Below are positions 26,283 to 39,600 of a DNA stretch of 64,000 nt, in pieces. The stretch comes from Lama glama (taxonomy: Eukaryota), in contig CM052817.1 in NCBI GenBank assembly GCA_028534125.1, positions 15,254,001 to 15,318,000 of the forward strand. Direction: 5' to 3'. Within the stretch, counting starts at the first letter, position 1, and every line of letters starts with the position of its first letter. The translations under genes were made by a program, and so were the position numbers. The notes beneath the pieces were generated by a model that was not told the origin of the DNA, made no database searches, and was given only the letters and a program-made list of their open reading frames with translations.

Positions 26283-26833
26283 TGCTGGATTGTATATATT
26301 TTCATTTTTTAATATTATGATGTTTTGCCGTCTTAAAAACTCTTGCTAGCTGGGGAGAGATTGTCCCTCCTGGGGCTAGCCAATGCTTAGAGATAGTAAA
26401 AGACTCATCTGGAAGCATGCCTTTGATAGGGAAACTAACCGGCCCAGAGCCAGACCTCCTCTATCTGGCCCACACACCCAAGGAGGCAGTATTCCTCTGA
26501 CTGCATCATCCCAGGGTTAGGTACCAGGCGGCTAGAGATCACCATTATAACCCAAAGCCCACCAAAATGATTCAAACTGGCCAATCCTAAACCCTTTACC
26601 CTATTTTGACGTTCTCTTGGAAACTGCAATGAAGCTTTTGGACTGAGTGTTCCCCTGGTTCCCATCTTCTGCTACCTGACCCAAACCTGGCGCTTCCCCT
26701 GTGACTCTGCCTGGCATGCCGTGATCCCTCTTTAGGACCTATGACTATAATCAACTTGTTTTCTTCTGTCTCTTCCATGTCCCCTCTTGTGGCTGCCCCT
26801 AACTGAACATCAGCTAGAAGAACACAGAACACA
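26283..26833 (+). mobile_element. ERVL solo LTR, MER74-like
   Basis: GGGGCTAGCCAATGCTTAGAGATAG, AGGTACCAGGCGGCTAG, TTCAAACTGGCCAATCCTAAA; TG...CA ends. Confidence 0.75.
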
Positions 26834-28514
26834 GGCTATCTTCGGACCAAAAGGAAAGTGCATCTCTCTTCTAATGAATTATCTTGAGCCTTGCAATGTT
26901 GGGCAGTCATGCTGTCCAGCTCATGATCAGGCACGTGTAGAGGAATGTCATTAGGGACACCGATGATCAAGGCACCCCTGCAAATTTCAGGCGTGGCTTT
27001 GGCACACAGCGCTTCTTGTCTTCTGACAGCAATTTCAGCCTCCTGCTGCCTGGCCCGTGACTGTCTCTCATTAGACCTCAGTGAGTAGCCCTACTGCAGC
27101 CGTGAATCATACACTGAGGGCTTCACACAGGCCGGCTTTATTGAGCTGCATTATAGGACACTATATCTCAGATGGCCCCCGTGCAGCCAAAACAATCTGT
27201 CACTTTTAATTCTTCCTGTCACCTCCTCATTAAGTAGATGGCAGCGTCGACCATCCAACACACTTTCACACAAACACACACGCTATCCCCAAAATGTAAC
27301 ATTTCCTCCTCTTGTTTTCAGAGGTGGTTGTAAATATCCCGTCATGGGAAGATTCATGGAGCAGAATATGATCCAGGGTCCTGTACATAACTGACAGAGG
27401 CAAGGGGCAGTCTCCGTGGACACATAAAGCAATTAAAAATAACTATGCTTCAAAGCAGGCGACTATAATACAAAGGTCAGGCCCATAAATATGAACAGGC
27501 TGGCAGTAATGTCTCTATCCAAATATACCCCCCAAACACACGACGACAATAGGTCAGAACTCAAAGGTTAATGTAAGAAAGAACTGAAATTATGCCATAT
27601 TCTTCTTCTGCCTTTTTCTTCCTGTAGTCTTTTCATCAAAGGTTAATATATGTGAATCCAGTGGAAAAATTTTACCGGAGCCAAATATGTGTCATCAGCC
27701 AGTATTTTTATTCAATGCAAAATATTTACCCTTGTATGGCTGACAAAAGGAAGGAGCTCTAGCAAAATTTTCTGGGGAAGGTGAATGTCTATTGCTTTCT
27801 CTCCTGTTTACTAGCTTGCTTGTTTTTATATTAACTGCACTGAAGTTTGAATTCCACTCAAAGCTGTAGAGAGACTGCTCTGAGGACCGGGATAATTTTT
27901 GCAGTAACACATTGAGTGCGATAATAAGGTTTATGCATGGTTCTAAAGAATATGCTGACAGATGGAAAAGGAGCTGCCTCGGTCTGCACAGCGTTCACTT
28001 TTATATATATTAAAAAAATCAGTACATGTGACTCTGGTTCAAGCAGCCGTTCCTCCTCCTGCTGTCTTCCAGGAACAGAAATATTTTAGAGTACGTAGAA
28101 AAATCCCAACCCCCAGTGGACCGATTCGCTAAAATTTCAAGTTCTGTGCACATCACAGTATCATAGGTTCCTGTATTACCATTCAAGGTGTCATGTGCCA
28201 TGAAAAACTTATTCCCTCCAAACATGAATCTCTGTGTAGTAAGTGCTTAGAGAGTGAGCAAGTAAATGCAGCAAGGAACAAGATGTGAGCAGAATGGCTC
28301 CCACAGTGGAGAGGTACTTCCCTTCTGAAAAGCAAAATGCTGGCTAATTCGCCAAGGATTCCTTTTCACCAAAGGAAATTAAAATATGCACACAGGCTGT
28401 ATTAGAGCATTCAGGTCATCTCTACTCCTCTACGATGCTGTGACAATTGAGAACACATTGATTAATTTTATTTTATTTTTTAATAAACACTAGAGGATAG
28501 CTACTTTAAAAAAA

Positions 28515-28649
28515 TTTTTTTTTCTGGAGGGGTAGGTAATTAAGTTTACTTATTTATTTATTTAATTTTTAGAGGAGATATTGGGGATTTAACCCAGGAC
28601 CTCATACATGCTAAACATGCTCTCTATCATTTGAGCTATACCCTCCCCC
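28515..28649 (-). mobile_element. Camelid tRNA-derived SINE (Vic-1-like)
   Basis: Same family as 25312-25441; TSD AGAACACATTGATT (28450-28463) / AGAGCACATTGATT (28650-28663). Confidence 0.88.
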
Positions 28650-28911
28650 AGAGCACATTGATTTTAAAAAAAGAGCACTGTGAGTTGAATACTCTTAAGG
28701 ATGAGGAGGCAACAGTGACCAACCCAACCAGGCCCATCTCCTTGATCCTCTACAGTTCAGCTTTCAGGGCAGAGAAAACCAGCTCCCACTAGCTAGCTTT
28801 TCTCTCTTGCACCTTATAACTAAGTTCTTAGAAAACCCCATTCCATGCTAAGAAAAAAATAAAATAAAGAATCCAAAGCACTTTCCATTCATCGTCGTCC
28901 TTCTGACAAAA

Positions 28912-29323
28912 TATGTCTGAATCTGCTAGGGCTGCCATTACAAAGTAACAAAAATTGAGTGCTTTAAACAACAGAAATTTCTTGTCTTGAAGCTCTGGAG
29001 GTCAGAGGTCTAAAATCAAGGTATCGGCAGTGTTGATTCCTTCCAGGGGCAATGAGGAAGGGTCTTTTCCAGGCTTCTTTCCTTAGCTTGCAGATGTCTG
29101 TCATTTCCCTGTGTCTTTTCACGTCATCTTTCTTCTCTGCCTGTGTCTGTGTCCAAATTTCCCTTTTCTCATGAGGCTGTCAGTCATACTGAATGAAGAC
29201 CCATTCATATAACCCCATTTTCACCTCTACAAAGACCCAAACTCCAAATAATTTCACATTCTGAGGTCCTGGAGGATTAGGACTTCAATATAAATTTGGG
29301 GGAGACACAGTTCAACCCATAAT
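28912..29323 (-). mobile_element. MaLR LTR (MLT1A/B-like), full length
   Basis: CTAGGGCTGCCATTACAAAGTA...TTAAACAACAGAAATTT...CACATTCTGAGGTCCTGG...GGAGACACAGTTCAACCCATAA. Confidence 0.88.
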
Positions 29324-29369
29324 GACTGCTGCGAGCTAGGTCACCTCTGTGCATGTGTGGGAGAATCAC

Positions 29370-32150
29370 CCAACAACCTATAACATTAGCCCCTGATCTC
29401 TTCAACTCAAGTGACCTTCAGTGCAGACCACTTCTACTCTGTAGCCATTTACGTGCTTTATCTAGTCTGCACCTTTTATACACCCATCAGGTCTAGAAAT
29501 TTAAAGTCAAATAACTCCATCTTTTGACCACTATCTGCTCATATCAGTTTCCTCATTTCTCTACCTCCTTTACATCATCAGTTATGAATTACATTATGGC
29601 ATGGAATATTAGTGTTTTAATATGTTAATAGTACACAGAAGAAGATAAAATGGTGTGTGCTCAAATACATTTAAGAGAAAAGGGTTAATAAAAGTAGATA
29701 TACTTCTTTACTGAAAGAACTGAGTGCACTAACATTTATTCTGAATAACCAAGATTCTGTGACAGTTTTAACCAAACTTATATGAGCAATTAAAAAAAAA
29801 ACAGTAATGAGACCTAGCGAGCCACGGAACAGCAGGTTGGGAATTAGTGGATTACAGCTGTTCTTTAAGCCATAACCTCTATTCTTACTCTTTCCCTTCA
29901 TTCCAGTCATCTTCCTCCTTCTTAGGATTCTTATGTATATATCATTTACACCATTTTTTTTTTTGCTAAATAGTCCTTCTATTTAGTCTTATTTCCAAAT
30001 GTACCCAACAACTCTGTGCCCTGTCTATTCCCACGTGTAAGACCATGGTCTCCAACTTTCAGTAGACCTTCAGAACCTCAAGTAAAAATATCCATACTAC
30101 ATACCTTTCCCATTTTCTCCCAGATATAATACATTTATCACTATCTACTGGGTCACTGGCTCATCTACCTCACTCTCATCTCCCTCATCACAAGGGAAAA
30201 CAACAACATTAACTGCCATTAGCTTGGGATTGGCTCAGCTCATAGACTTCTCAATTTCCCCCCTAAAAGCAGTAAAACAACACACATGGACACACATATT
30301 TCATTGTGTGCTCCATTTTCAGTGAAAAATAATTCCTTTCTGAAGGCAAATTAATCCTTCCAACCCCTGTTTCTATTCTTTTTGCCATCTCAGGAAATCA
30401 CCTCCATCCCTTTTCCCTCTTTTTCTCCTGTATCTTCAACTCTTCTCTACTAGTTCTTTCTGCTTATGTATTCAACCTGATCAAAAGGTCTTGCTTTCAT
30501 TTCGTCTTCCTTTAACACAACTTCCTTCTTCAGTTTTAGATTTATTTTTCTTTTTTTTTCCCAAAGATCTACCTTTGTAATTTCCATGTTTTCACTTCTA
30601 GTAATTTTCTCAGTTTTCTGAAAAATCTAGGCTCTTCCATCAGCATTAGAACTATTTTCTAAAGATGTCTCTTATTTGCAACATTCACTGGGCCCAGAGA
30701 TGAGAAAATGTAGACTTTAGGCTACAGTGCTGGGTATCAGTTTTATTTTTAGCTTCTTAGCATTGTGACCATTGGCAGTTTTTTAGACTCCTTCAGCTTC
30801 CATTTTTCCTTCTATTAAGGGGCAACATTAATTTCATCTGAGCAAGATCTCTGGAATAATAAATTAGTTATGCTATGAAAGGCTTCCAGGAAGCGGTCAG
30901 CAGTGATAACTTCTTCCAGGAAGCCCTCCTCCCCCTTAATCCTTGGACACTGTTGGTTACTGTCTCATTGAAATTCTCCCTCCCTGTTCACAGAGCACCG
31001 TCACCTCTTGAGTCTCTTCTTAGTCCTTCGATTGCTTTAAACTGTCTTCTTTCCTTCACATTTAGTGTGATTATATCTGTTAAATTTTTTCTCCCCTGAG
31101 TTTTCTTTCCTTATTAATCTAAATTTTAACTAAGTTTCAATTACAATTTCTAAGGATTCACTTTAAAAAAAATCTATCGCTTGAGCAATTTGTCTAACTC
31201 CAAACTAGTATATCTAATTAGTTACTGAGCATCTCCACTTGTGTGTTCCACAGGAAACTCAAACATAAAATGTGCAACACTAAATCCATTGTCTGTTTCC
31301 ACTAGAAAACTGTCCCCTTCTTTTATCTTTGTCTCAATTAATGACACCACGATTGGTATACATAAGATAATATTAGGTGCTATGGAGCCACAACAATAGA
31401 TACCATTTCATTACATAATGAAACTAGTATTCACTTTTCATTTTTTTAAATTCAAGTCTTTCAGATCACACCAAGGAGAAAGTTTCTGTTTTGAACTTAT
31501 TATGTCTTTAGTGCTTCTATGGTACTTCAGAAACTCCCATTTTAACAAACAGAGTTCAGAAATTTTAACAAGTTAGACTTTGAGAGGGCTGACTTTGTCA
31601 ATTTTATTTTTAGATTACAGTTATGATAAATTATTCTCATTTTCCATTCATAGTATGGATTTTTTTAAATAAAAATATATTTAAATGATATTAGTCAATT
31701 TAAAGGAAAATATTAAAGAATAATGTGTTTCTATGCCAAAAGAGGGAAAATCATGAGGAGAGTATGTGAACAATTGTGTTTGGGGAAATATTCTCTAACT
31801 CAGCTTTCCTTACAAGACCTGCTACTATTGCGTTAGCTTAGTTTTTCATAAGCTTTTACTTGAAATACTACAATGATTTTCTACTTAGAATCCTCTCCAC
31901 TTGTTTCAATTTCCTCCAATTTACCTTCTAAGTTACTGTCAGGGTAAGTCTTGAAAAGCCTGGATTACAATACAGTGCTTCCTGTGATTAATAGCCTTCA
32001 TTGAGGACTTAATGTTTTCCTTCTCAGCACCTTACAGCATTTTGGTCTGATTGCTTCCTGGACTTCACATGTTCTTACCTCCCAATGTGTCTGCTTGTCT
32101 CCTGTTGGTTCTTTAGTGTTTGGTTCAGAATTCTTGAATAAAGATGATGA
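29370..32150 (+). mobile_element. Fragmented L2 LINE with nested MIR (~30700-30900) and a probable hAT fragment (~31370-31800)
   Basis: CTCCAAACTAGTATATCTAATTAGTTACTGAGCATCTCCACTTGTGTGTTCCACAGG and other pyrimidine-rich L2 ORF2 pieces; boundaries approximate. Confidence 0.55.
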
Positions 32151-32511
32151 AATAAATGTATCCATATCCTATTTTGTCTCACTCCGAATTCTCATTAAAA
32201 TAATAAAAGAAATACTTAGTAGAAGAGTTTGTTGTGGTTATTGGAGAAAAAAATTATAGGAAAATATGTAAAGGACTTAAAAAATGAACACCTCCTGCAG
32301 AAGTGCTCCTACTGACATATGAACCAACTTCCTTAAGACCCAGTATTAGCTAAATAGCAGTGAGCAATAAACCAATAAAGGTTTCCTAAACAGCTACTTT
32401 AATATGGGTTTTAAATTGCAAATATGAAAATACATTCTTGAAAGAGGCAATTTAGATACTATAAACTGTCAAAGAATAATCATAATCTAAAACACTAGAT
32501 TACAAGAAAAA

Positions 32512-32872
32512 AGGAGAAGATAATATCATACGATAACACTTATATGTGAAATCTTAAATAAATGGACACAAATGAACTTATTACCAAAACAGAGACAGAC
32601 TCACAAATGTAGAAAATAAACTTATGGTTACTAAAGGGGAAAGGGAGGACGAGGGATAAATTAGGAGTTTGGGATTAGCATACTAACTACTATACACAAA
32701 ATAGATAAACCTCAAGGTCCTCCTGTATAGCACTGGAAAATATTCAGTACTTTGTCATGGCCTATAATGAAAAAGGATATGAAAAGGACTATATGTATGT
32801 ATATATGAATCACTATGCTGTTCACCATAAATTAACGCATTGTAAATCAATTATACTTCAATTTAAAAAAAA
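32512..32872 (+). mobile_element. Artiodactyl/camelid L1 3' end
   Basis: ACAAATGAACTTATTACCAAAACAGAGACAGACTCAC...TGTAAATCAATTATACTTCAATTTAAAAAAAA. Confidence 0.9.
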
Positions 32873-32964
32873 GGAAGATGGGCAGAAAAGTGACAGGCAA
32901 AATTTCTATATGTTAAATTGGAAAAAAAATTTGTTTCAATTACTGAGGAATAGTGAAAAATAAC

Positions 32965-34554
32965 CTCTTTATTTTAGAACAATTTGCACTTACAGAAAAT
33001 TTGTGAGGTTAGTACAGAAGATTTCCATAGAATCTGCATGGCTTCTTCCATTATTAGCGTCTGACATTTATTACATTTAATGGTACACTTGTTAAATTCA
33101 TGAACCAGTACATAGTGTATTATCACTTAAGTCCCACATTTTATTCTGATTTCCTTGGGCATTACCTAGTGTCCTTTTTTTGTTTGTTTCAGAACCCATC
33201 CTGGTACTGTATTACATTTATGTCTCCTTAGGATCCCCTTGACTAGGATAGTTTCTGTGATTTTCCTTATTTTGGAAAACCTTGACAGTGTTGAGCAGTA
33301 CTGGTCAGATATTCTGTAGAAAGCCCTTCAGAGGGATGTGTCTGATGTTTCTCTCATGACTAAATTAGGGTTGTGGGGTTTGGGGAGGAAGACCCCAGAG
33401 GTAGAGTGCATTTTCATCACGTCATATCAAAGGCACATGCTGTCAACAGGACTTACCACTGTTGATGTGAACTTTGGTCACCTGGCTAAGATAGTATTTG
33501 TTGGTTTCTCCACTGTGGAGACTTTTTTCTTTCCCTCACTCTATGCTGTATTCTTTGAAAGGAAGTTGCTGTGTACAGCCCACAGTCAGAATGTGCTTAA
33601 AGGTGGGTAACCTACATAGTGTACGCAAATAAAAAATCATTTAGGTGGTTGGGAAAATCCCAGGATGGAATGCAAAATATGACAAAACAATCTAGCTGTA
33701 TTAAAATTTAGGAAACATCCTCACTACAGGAGATGAGCAAAAATGTGCTGATCTAAGCATCTTCTGGAATTAGTGGAATCTGTAAAACACAAGTCAAAAG
33801 TAGTACATAATTACTGTAATTTAGTTGATAATGGTTTCCTATAGGCCTATTTGTTAAAAATGATCATACTGCTATACATGTATACAGGAACTGAACATTT
33901 AAGTAAAAGGATGGTAGATGGTGAGAGCTAGGTGGGATGTGAGAATTTACAGATAGTCATGTTTTAATGAATTAGAGTTAAGGACATCACTATGAACTCA
34001 TGTTTAGCTTAATATGTATACAGATAATAGCATATAGAGATATTTATAGATACGTGTACACACACAGGTTAGTCTACACATATATATTTCCTTGCTCTGT
34101 CAGCTGAGACACCTTAGAAGCAACAATGTTCCACAGAAGAAGTATCAGCAAATACATCTAGTACCCGGATCTGAGTTCCTAAGTACCATTCTTCAATAAA
34201 AGAATGTAGAGTTCCTTGAAGAAATAGCTGATTCAGGGACTGGGGCAGGAAATATAAAAGATGGGCCCAAAGTTTTTTGTACTGCCAGAAGTAAAGAAAT
34301 GCTAAGAAAAATCAAATTTTAAAAACCCTAGTATGATGGGACCATGTCAAAGGACACAAGAGACATTGAAAGGACTCCCAATGGCCCAAACTGGAACAAT
34401 GTGAGCAAAGAAAATAAAGTACTATTGGACTATAAAATAAATATCTGTGACTACAAGGGTATTAATACACTTCTGAATAAATAAATAAATAACTGGAGAG
34501 GGAAGACAAATCTCCTATACAGAAGAATTCCGAATAAGATATGTGTTACTTCAC
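32965..34554 (-). mobile_element. L1MC-type 3'UTR insertion with an inverted 5' part (32965-33584 minus, 33585-34554 plus)
   Basis: Both halves align to the colinear same-family copy at 36675-38100, in opposite orientations. Confidence 0.8.
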
Positions 34555-35139
34555 ATTTGCAATTTTGTAAAAGAAAAGTCCAATATTTTTTTCCAAATAG
34601 TTTAAGGTGAACCTGGAACTTGAACCTGGAACTTGAAAACAAGATTTCCAAGTTCTAAATCAGCATTAAAAACAACAAAAAAGTAGACCATGGCAACAAA
34701 AAGGGACACTAATAAAAGAAACTTAAAATGGAGGACAAAAGATCAAATTCAATATTCATTTTATCTTCTCATATCAAAAATGGTAATTCAGTAGTTCTGT
34801 GGTTGAGTTCAAAGAAGTTCATATTAAAAAACTGCCCAGGCTATTACAAAGTATATTGGACACTGTGAGGTACTGACATTGAGAATATTTTGGCAAAGAT
34901 AATGAAGACAAAAAGATAATGTACCTATGCTACGTTAGGAAATAAAAGGAATTCAGCCTTGAATATGGAAGACACTAAAGATAACTTAAAATTTTATGTA
35001 TTTTTGAAAGTATCAATGAAATAGACACTTTTCCAGAAAATCATGTATTATAAAAATTGATACTTTATGAAGAAGCTTAAAAATAATCTCATAAACATCA
35101 GTTAAGTAGAAAATATTATCTAGGAAGTAATTACAAAAT

Positions 35140-36670
35140 GTTTATTCTGATATTCTCACTGTACCCTGCAGGCATCAAGCCATAAGCCAATTCTTGAGTA
35201 GTATTTTTTTTTTTCTTACTGTGCCTTTATCTTAAAATCTTGACATCAGGTAACGAGAATTATCTTTTTCTTTTCATTTAATTTCTGCACGAATTTTAGA
35301 AACATTTTCTCAATTTTAAAAAACAAAACAAAGAGAAAACTGATGTAATTTGAATTGAGTTAGCCTTCAATCTGTGGATGAATTTGGAGAGAACAGACAT
35401 CTTAACAACATTTAGTCCTCAGACTCATGAATGGCATATTTTTTTCACTTATTTAGGTCTTTAGTTTTTCTCAGTGCTGTTTTACAGTTTGTAGTGTACA
35501 GGCTTTGCTCATATTTTGTTGAGTTTATCCCTGAGTATATAATGTTCTGTGATGCTTTACAAAAGGTATGTATTTTTTTTAAGTCTCAAGCATAGATAGT
35601 GAGTATGTATAAATAAAGTTACTTTTGTTCCTATTGACTTTGTATCCTGTGATCTTGCTAAAACCAGGCAATTCTTCTTGAAACTTTTTTTTGGAGATTT
35701 GTGGTGACTTTCCCTATAGGAAATTATGTGATTTATGAATAAAGATCGTTTGTATTCTTTTTGTGAGCATTTTGTTTATTTTTCTTGCCTTATACTCTTT
35801 GCTAGAACTTCTGGCCCAGTGTTAAATAGAAGTAGTAAGGGCAGACATATTTGTCTCATCCCTGATCTTAGGGCAAAATCAGTCTTCATCAATTACTATA
35901 ATGTTAGCTGTGATTTTTAATAAAAGCCTATTTTCAGTGTTAAGCCCTCCAACATTAATTGTGGACTCAAATATAGGTTTTATATTTCTATGATTTTTAT
36001 TTATTTGTTTTAGACTCTTATTAGAGTCTCATTTTATTTTCTTGATAAATCTACTCCATTATTTTCATGTAATGTAATATTTCTTTTTCTCAAGTCTGGT
36101 TTGTCTGATATTAATAAACCATCCCAATTTACTTTTGATGAGAGTTTGTGTGGTATATTTGTGCATTCTACTATTTCTAACAAATGTATGTCTCTCTATT
36201 TAACATTAATCTTTTCATAGATACTGTATATTAGATCTTGCTTTTTAATCTGCTCTACAGTCTACACCTTTTAATTTAGTGTTAAACAATTTGTGTTTAA
36301 TATAGTCCAGTATTTTGCAAATTTTTAAAATTTGTCCCATCTATTTTTTTGTTTCTTATTTTTACTTCCTGGCTTATTTTGGATTGAGCCCTTTTAAAAT
36401 TACTTTTTATCTTCAATATTAACTTACTTATTATATTTATTTTATCAGTTGCTATCATGTTTACAATCTATGCCTTTAATTTTTTATAGTCTTCTGCCAA
36501 ATTGTATTCTATAACTTTATGTAAGCATAAGACACTGAGAATGGGGCACTTCAATTTACTCCCTCCCATACTTCGTGCTGTTTTTTATCATATATTTTAT
36601 TTTTACATATGTTACAAGCTCCACAAAAATTTGGTACTATTTTTACCTTAGATATCATTTATCACTAAAA
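35140..36670 (-). mobile_element. Ancient L1 (L1ME/L1M5-type) ORF2 and inter-ORF fragments
   Basis: GAATTTGGAGAGAACAGACATCTTAACAACATTTAGTC, TTAAATAGAAGTAGTAAGGGCAGACATATTTGTCTCATCCCTGATCTTAGGG; possibly continues at 43330-43460. Confidence 0.75.
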
Positions 36671-36674
36671 GGAT

Positions 36675-39600
36675 TGGTGAACCAATATTGATATCCTATT
36701 GTTCATGGTTTATTCAGATTTCTCTAGTTTTCGATCTACTATTTTTCTGCTCCAGGGTTCCATCGAAGATGCCACATTACATTTAGTTGCTATGGCTCCT
36801 TAGACTCTTTTTGGCTGTGACAGTTTCTCAAAATTTCCTTGTTTTTTGATGACCTTGACAAATTTGAGGGATACTGGGCAGGTTTTGTAAAATATTCTTC
36901 AACTGGTTTGTAGCTGATGTGTTCCTAATGATTAGACTGAAGTTGTAGGTCTTGGGGAGGAAGATCACAGAGGTACAGTGCTGTTTCATCACATCATCTC
37001 AAGAGTACTTTCTATCAGCATGACTTCTTATCACTCTGGATGTCAACTTTGAGCACCTTGCTGAGGTAGTGTTTTTCAGGTTTCTCTGCTGCAAAGTTAC
37101 TTTTTTTCTTTTCCTTGTTTTCATACTGTCCCTTTAGGAAGGTAGTTATTTTGTGCTGTCTACACTTAAGGAGTGAGGAGTCATGATCCACCTCCTTTAT
37201 AGTGGATTATTTGCATAATTTACTTGGAATTCTATTGCACTGGAGATTTTTTTTATTTTTTTGCTCAGATTATTCCAAATTTAGCCGTTGGAAACTTTTT
37301 CAACGTGCCCTTTTGACAATCCACATCAATTTTTAAGATTTTTTTATTTTAAGAGCTTTCTTACTTTCTGCCATTGTAAACTGCTCCAGGTTCATTTTGT
37401 ACATTTCCTGTCCCAGTCCAAGAATCAGCTGTTTCTTCGAGAAGCCCTGCTTCCTCTTATTGGAGAATGACATTAGAAATCAGTATCTGGAGGCTAGACG
37501 TGCTCATTGCTACTAGAGGGTCATTTTTTTTTTTTTTTGCCCTCTCAGCTGACCAAGCAAGGAGAGCTATGTGTGTATACTAACCGTGTAAATACACATA
37601 CTTATACATATTTCTGTATATAGGCATTGGTACCTATATTATGTTAAACATGAGTTCATACTGATGGCTCCAAATCTAACTATTAAAATGTGGATCATTC
37701 TAGCTTTCTCCCTTTGCTAATCTAAATTTCCACTCCAATGGTTACAAACCTGACATCTGACATCCCCCATTCTTTTACTTAACTGTTCAATTCCAGTATT
37801 TATAGCAGTATTATAGTGTTAATCTATGTTCATGGAAAACTATCTACTAAAGGACTTTTGTACAGTTCCTTTTGCCTTTAGTCTTGTGGACCACATTCAT
37901 TTCCAATGTTATTTATGTCAGCAGCTTTCACCTTCTTCCTTCATTGAAGTCATTTCATACATTTGTGGTATAATTATATTCTCTTGTCATTCTCTACATT
38001 CTCTACTAGGATTCTCTACTTCTTAAATAATATTTAAAATTTTGCATACAACTTTTTTCAATTTTTGAACTGTTGTTATTTTTAATAATATATAGTTATG
38101 TGTCCATTATTACAGCATTATATAGAATAGTTTTACCTCACTAAAAATCTCTTGTTCTTTATCTGTTTATTTCCTCAAACTCGAACGCCTGAGGACCACT
38201 GATTTTTTTACCAACTCTATACATTTGCTTTTTTCAGAATGTCATATATTTTGAACCTTGCAGGTTGTGGCCTTTTCAGAATAGCTTATTTCACTTAACA
38301 ATGAATTTAAGATTCTTCCATGTCTTTTTATGTGGCTTTAATAGATTTTCCTTTTATTATTTAATAATATTGTATGGATATACCTCCGTTTGTTTATCTA
38401 TTTATTTATTTGAGGAATATTAGTTGCATTTAATTTTTATGAATAAAATCATTATTCAGGTACAGGTTTTTTTTGTGGACTTAATTTTTCAACTTATCTG
38501 TGCAGATATCTAGGAACATGATTGCTGGATTATACCTTTGGTAAGACTGTGTTTAGCTTTCTAAGAAACTGCCAAACTGTCTTGTAGAGCAGCTGTACTA
38601 TTTTGCATTTCCTCCACCAATGAATCAGGGTTCCTGTTGTGCCTCATCCTCGTCAGCATTTGGTATCGTCAGTGTTTTGGATTTTAGCCATTCTAGTCAT
38701 GTGGTACTACCTCCTTGTTGTATTAATTTTTGATTCCATATTGCAGGTATTTGAGCACTTTTTATATGCTTATTTTTTTAATCTGTTTATCTCTTTTGCA
38801 GAAGTCAAGTCAAATCTTTGCCCATTTTTAACTTGAATTATTAGTGTTCTTGAGTGTCAGAGTTCTTTGCATATTTTGGACATTAGGCCTTTATCAAATA
38901 TGTGTTTTCCCAATATTTTCTTACACTCAGTGGCTTGTCTTTTCATTCTCTTAACAGCATCCTTGGTAGAGCAGAAGATTTAAATTTTAATAAGTCTAAT
39001 TTATTAATTTTTTTCTGTCAGGGTTTATACTTTGGGTTGTATCTGAAAACTCACTAGGAATTCTAAGTTCACCTAGATTTTATTCTATATTTTTCTCTAG
39101 AAGTTTTACACTTTTACATTTTTTTAAATTTAGATCTGTGATTGATTTTGAGTTAATTTTTGTAAGATGTCTGAGTTATGTGGATAGATTAATTCTTTTT
39201 AATATGGATATCCAGTACTGTTTGTTGAAAAAAAAAGATTCTACTCCATTGTATTACCTTTGCTCCTTTATTAAAGATCAGTTAATTATATTTTTGTGGG
39301 TCAAATTCTAGGCTCACTGTTCTTTTCCCTGGATCTAAGTGTTTATTCTTTTGTTAATACTGTGCTGTCTTTACACTGTAGCTTTATAGTAAGTTTGAGG
39401 TTGAATAATGTCTGTTCTCCACTTTGTTCTTTTTCTTCAGTATTGTTTTGATTATTCTTGATCTTTTGCATTTTCATATAAACCTTCAAAGCATTTTTGT
39501 CAATATCCACAAAACATCTTACTGGATTGTGTTGAATCAGTAGATCGAGTTGGGAAGAACTGACATCTCAAAAATATTGAGTCTGCCAACTCATAAACAT

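Noticed and set aside
34608..34636. Tandem 13-bp duplication TGAACCTGGAACT
   Set aside because: Ordinary slippage duplication; no array or spacer structure, so not CRISPR-like
33585..38100. Opposite-orientation L1MC copies that could form a long dsRNA or cruciform
   Set aside because: The copies are too diverged and are independent ancient insertions
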